64,000 bases of DNA from Camelus dromedarius (Eukaryota), in the NCBI RefSeq assembly GCF_036321535.1, contig NC_087437.1, positions 120,096,001 through 120,160,000 on the forward strand, given 5' to 3'. This document shows positions 63,150-64,000 of the stretch, in pieces. A program made the translations under genes and the position numbers. The notes under the pieces are model-generated. The model saw nothing but the letters and a program-made list of their open reading frames with translations, ran no database searches and was not told where the DNA came from. Positions within the stretch are counted from its first letter, which is position 1; every line of letters starts with the position of its first letter.

Positions 63150-64000
63150 AAGAGTTTGGTTTGTATGCATCCATGTGAGGTGGCCCCAGGAAGGCTGGTG
63201 CCCCCGCCCCCGCCCCAGCTACCCCAGAGCCCAGCCCGCCTTCTAACCCTTGGAGGCCTGTGCTTCTGGTTCAGGCGTTGCCATGGCAACCCTGGGACGT
63301 CCGTCTACGGACGACCCGAGGTCCAGTGTCCATCAATGATTGACCTATTAACAGACTTGTGGGGTTGTGGGGCAGCCGCTGCCCCGGGCCAGGGCACTGC
63401 CACCCACGGAGCCCCAAACATTCCTGCTGGGAACCAGGAGACGCTGCAGGCGCCACTCAGGGTTCACAGGTTCAAGTCCCCACCCTGCCAGCAAGGTGGT
63501 CCTGGACCTGAGTCCTTGCTCAGGGATGCGGCCCCCAAGGCCATGTGCAAAGGAGGACTTGACAGGCCCTGGTCACCTGGTGGGGGGGGGGGCGGGTGAG
63601 GGAAACTGGGGCCTGGAGGGGGCTCTGGGTCCCCACGAACCCGGGGGCAGGGCACACCCGGACAGCTGCATGACATGCCTCCACCTTCAGCTTATTGGTC
63701 CAGAGAGGAGAGCCAGGCCGTGGGCGATGGGGGCTCGCCCCCCGCCCCCCATTTCTGGTGAGAATGGAGGAGGGCAGTGATGTGTGGTTTCTCTGTGTCC
63801 GTGTGTGCACGTGGGGCCTGGTGTTAAGGGGAGATGGGGAAGGGTCTACATAAGAAACTCGGTGCCCTCTGACACCGCTTCCTGTGTCCTGAGGACTTGG
63901 GTGTTTTAGGATAGGGTGTGTTTCTGGGGTGAATCTGCCAGGCGGTGAGTGTGCATCTCAGGAAACAAGCCGAGACCTGCCGTGGGAGGCGGGGAACATT

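Overview
Mammalian (eukaryotic) genomic DNA carrying the syntenic block CBS - U2AF1 - CRYAA (human chr21q22.3 order). Three genes were reconstructed from splice sites and translation. On the minus strand are the 5' part of CBS (3 coding exons and 2 likely non-coding exons; the rest lies beyond base 1) and the complete U2AF1 gene (237 aa, with duplicated mutually exclusive exons 3 and Ab). On the plus strand is the complete CRYAA gene (173 aa). tRNA-derived SINEs resembling camelid Vic-1 and a 9-Gly U2AF1 tract suggest a camelid or other cetartiodactyl, which is an inference. The rest is intron or intergenic DNA with L1, MaLR/ERV LTR, MIR/L2 and DNA-transposon relics. Nearly all ORF-track entries are GC-rich noise. 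I found no convincing new biological system. The most interesting items are a frameshifted fossil of the alphaA-ins exon in CRYAA intron 1, a CBS 5'-UTR exon apparently exonised from an antisense L1, a Cys52-Cys53 pair at the CBS heme ligand, unusual 3' splice-site architecture at U2AF1 exon Ab, and several strong regulatory motifs. Repeat family names and cross-species comparisons come from recognition or memory and need RepeatMasker/BLAST confirmation.
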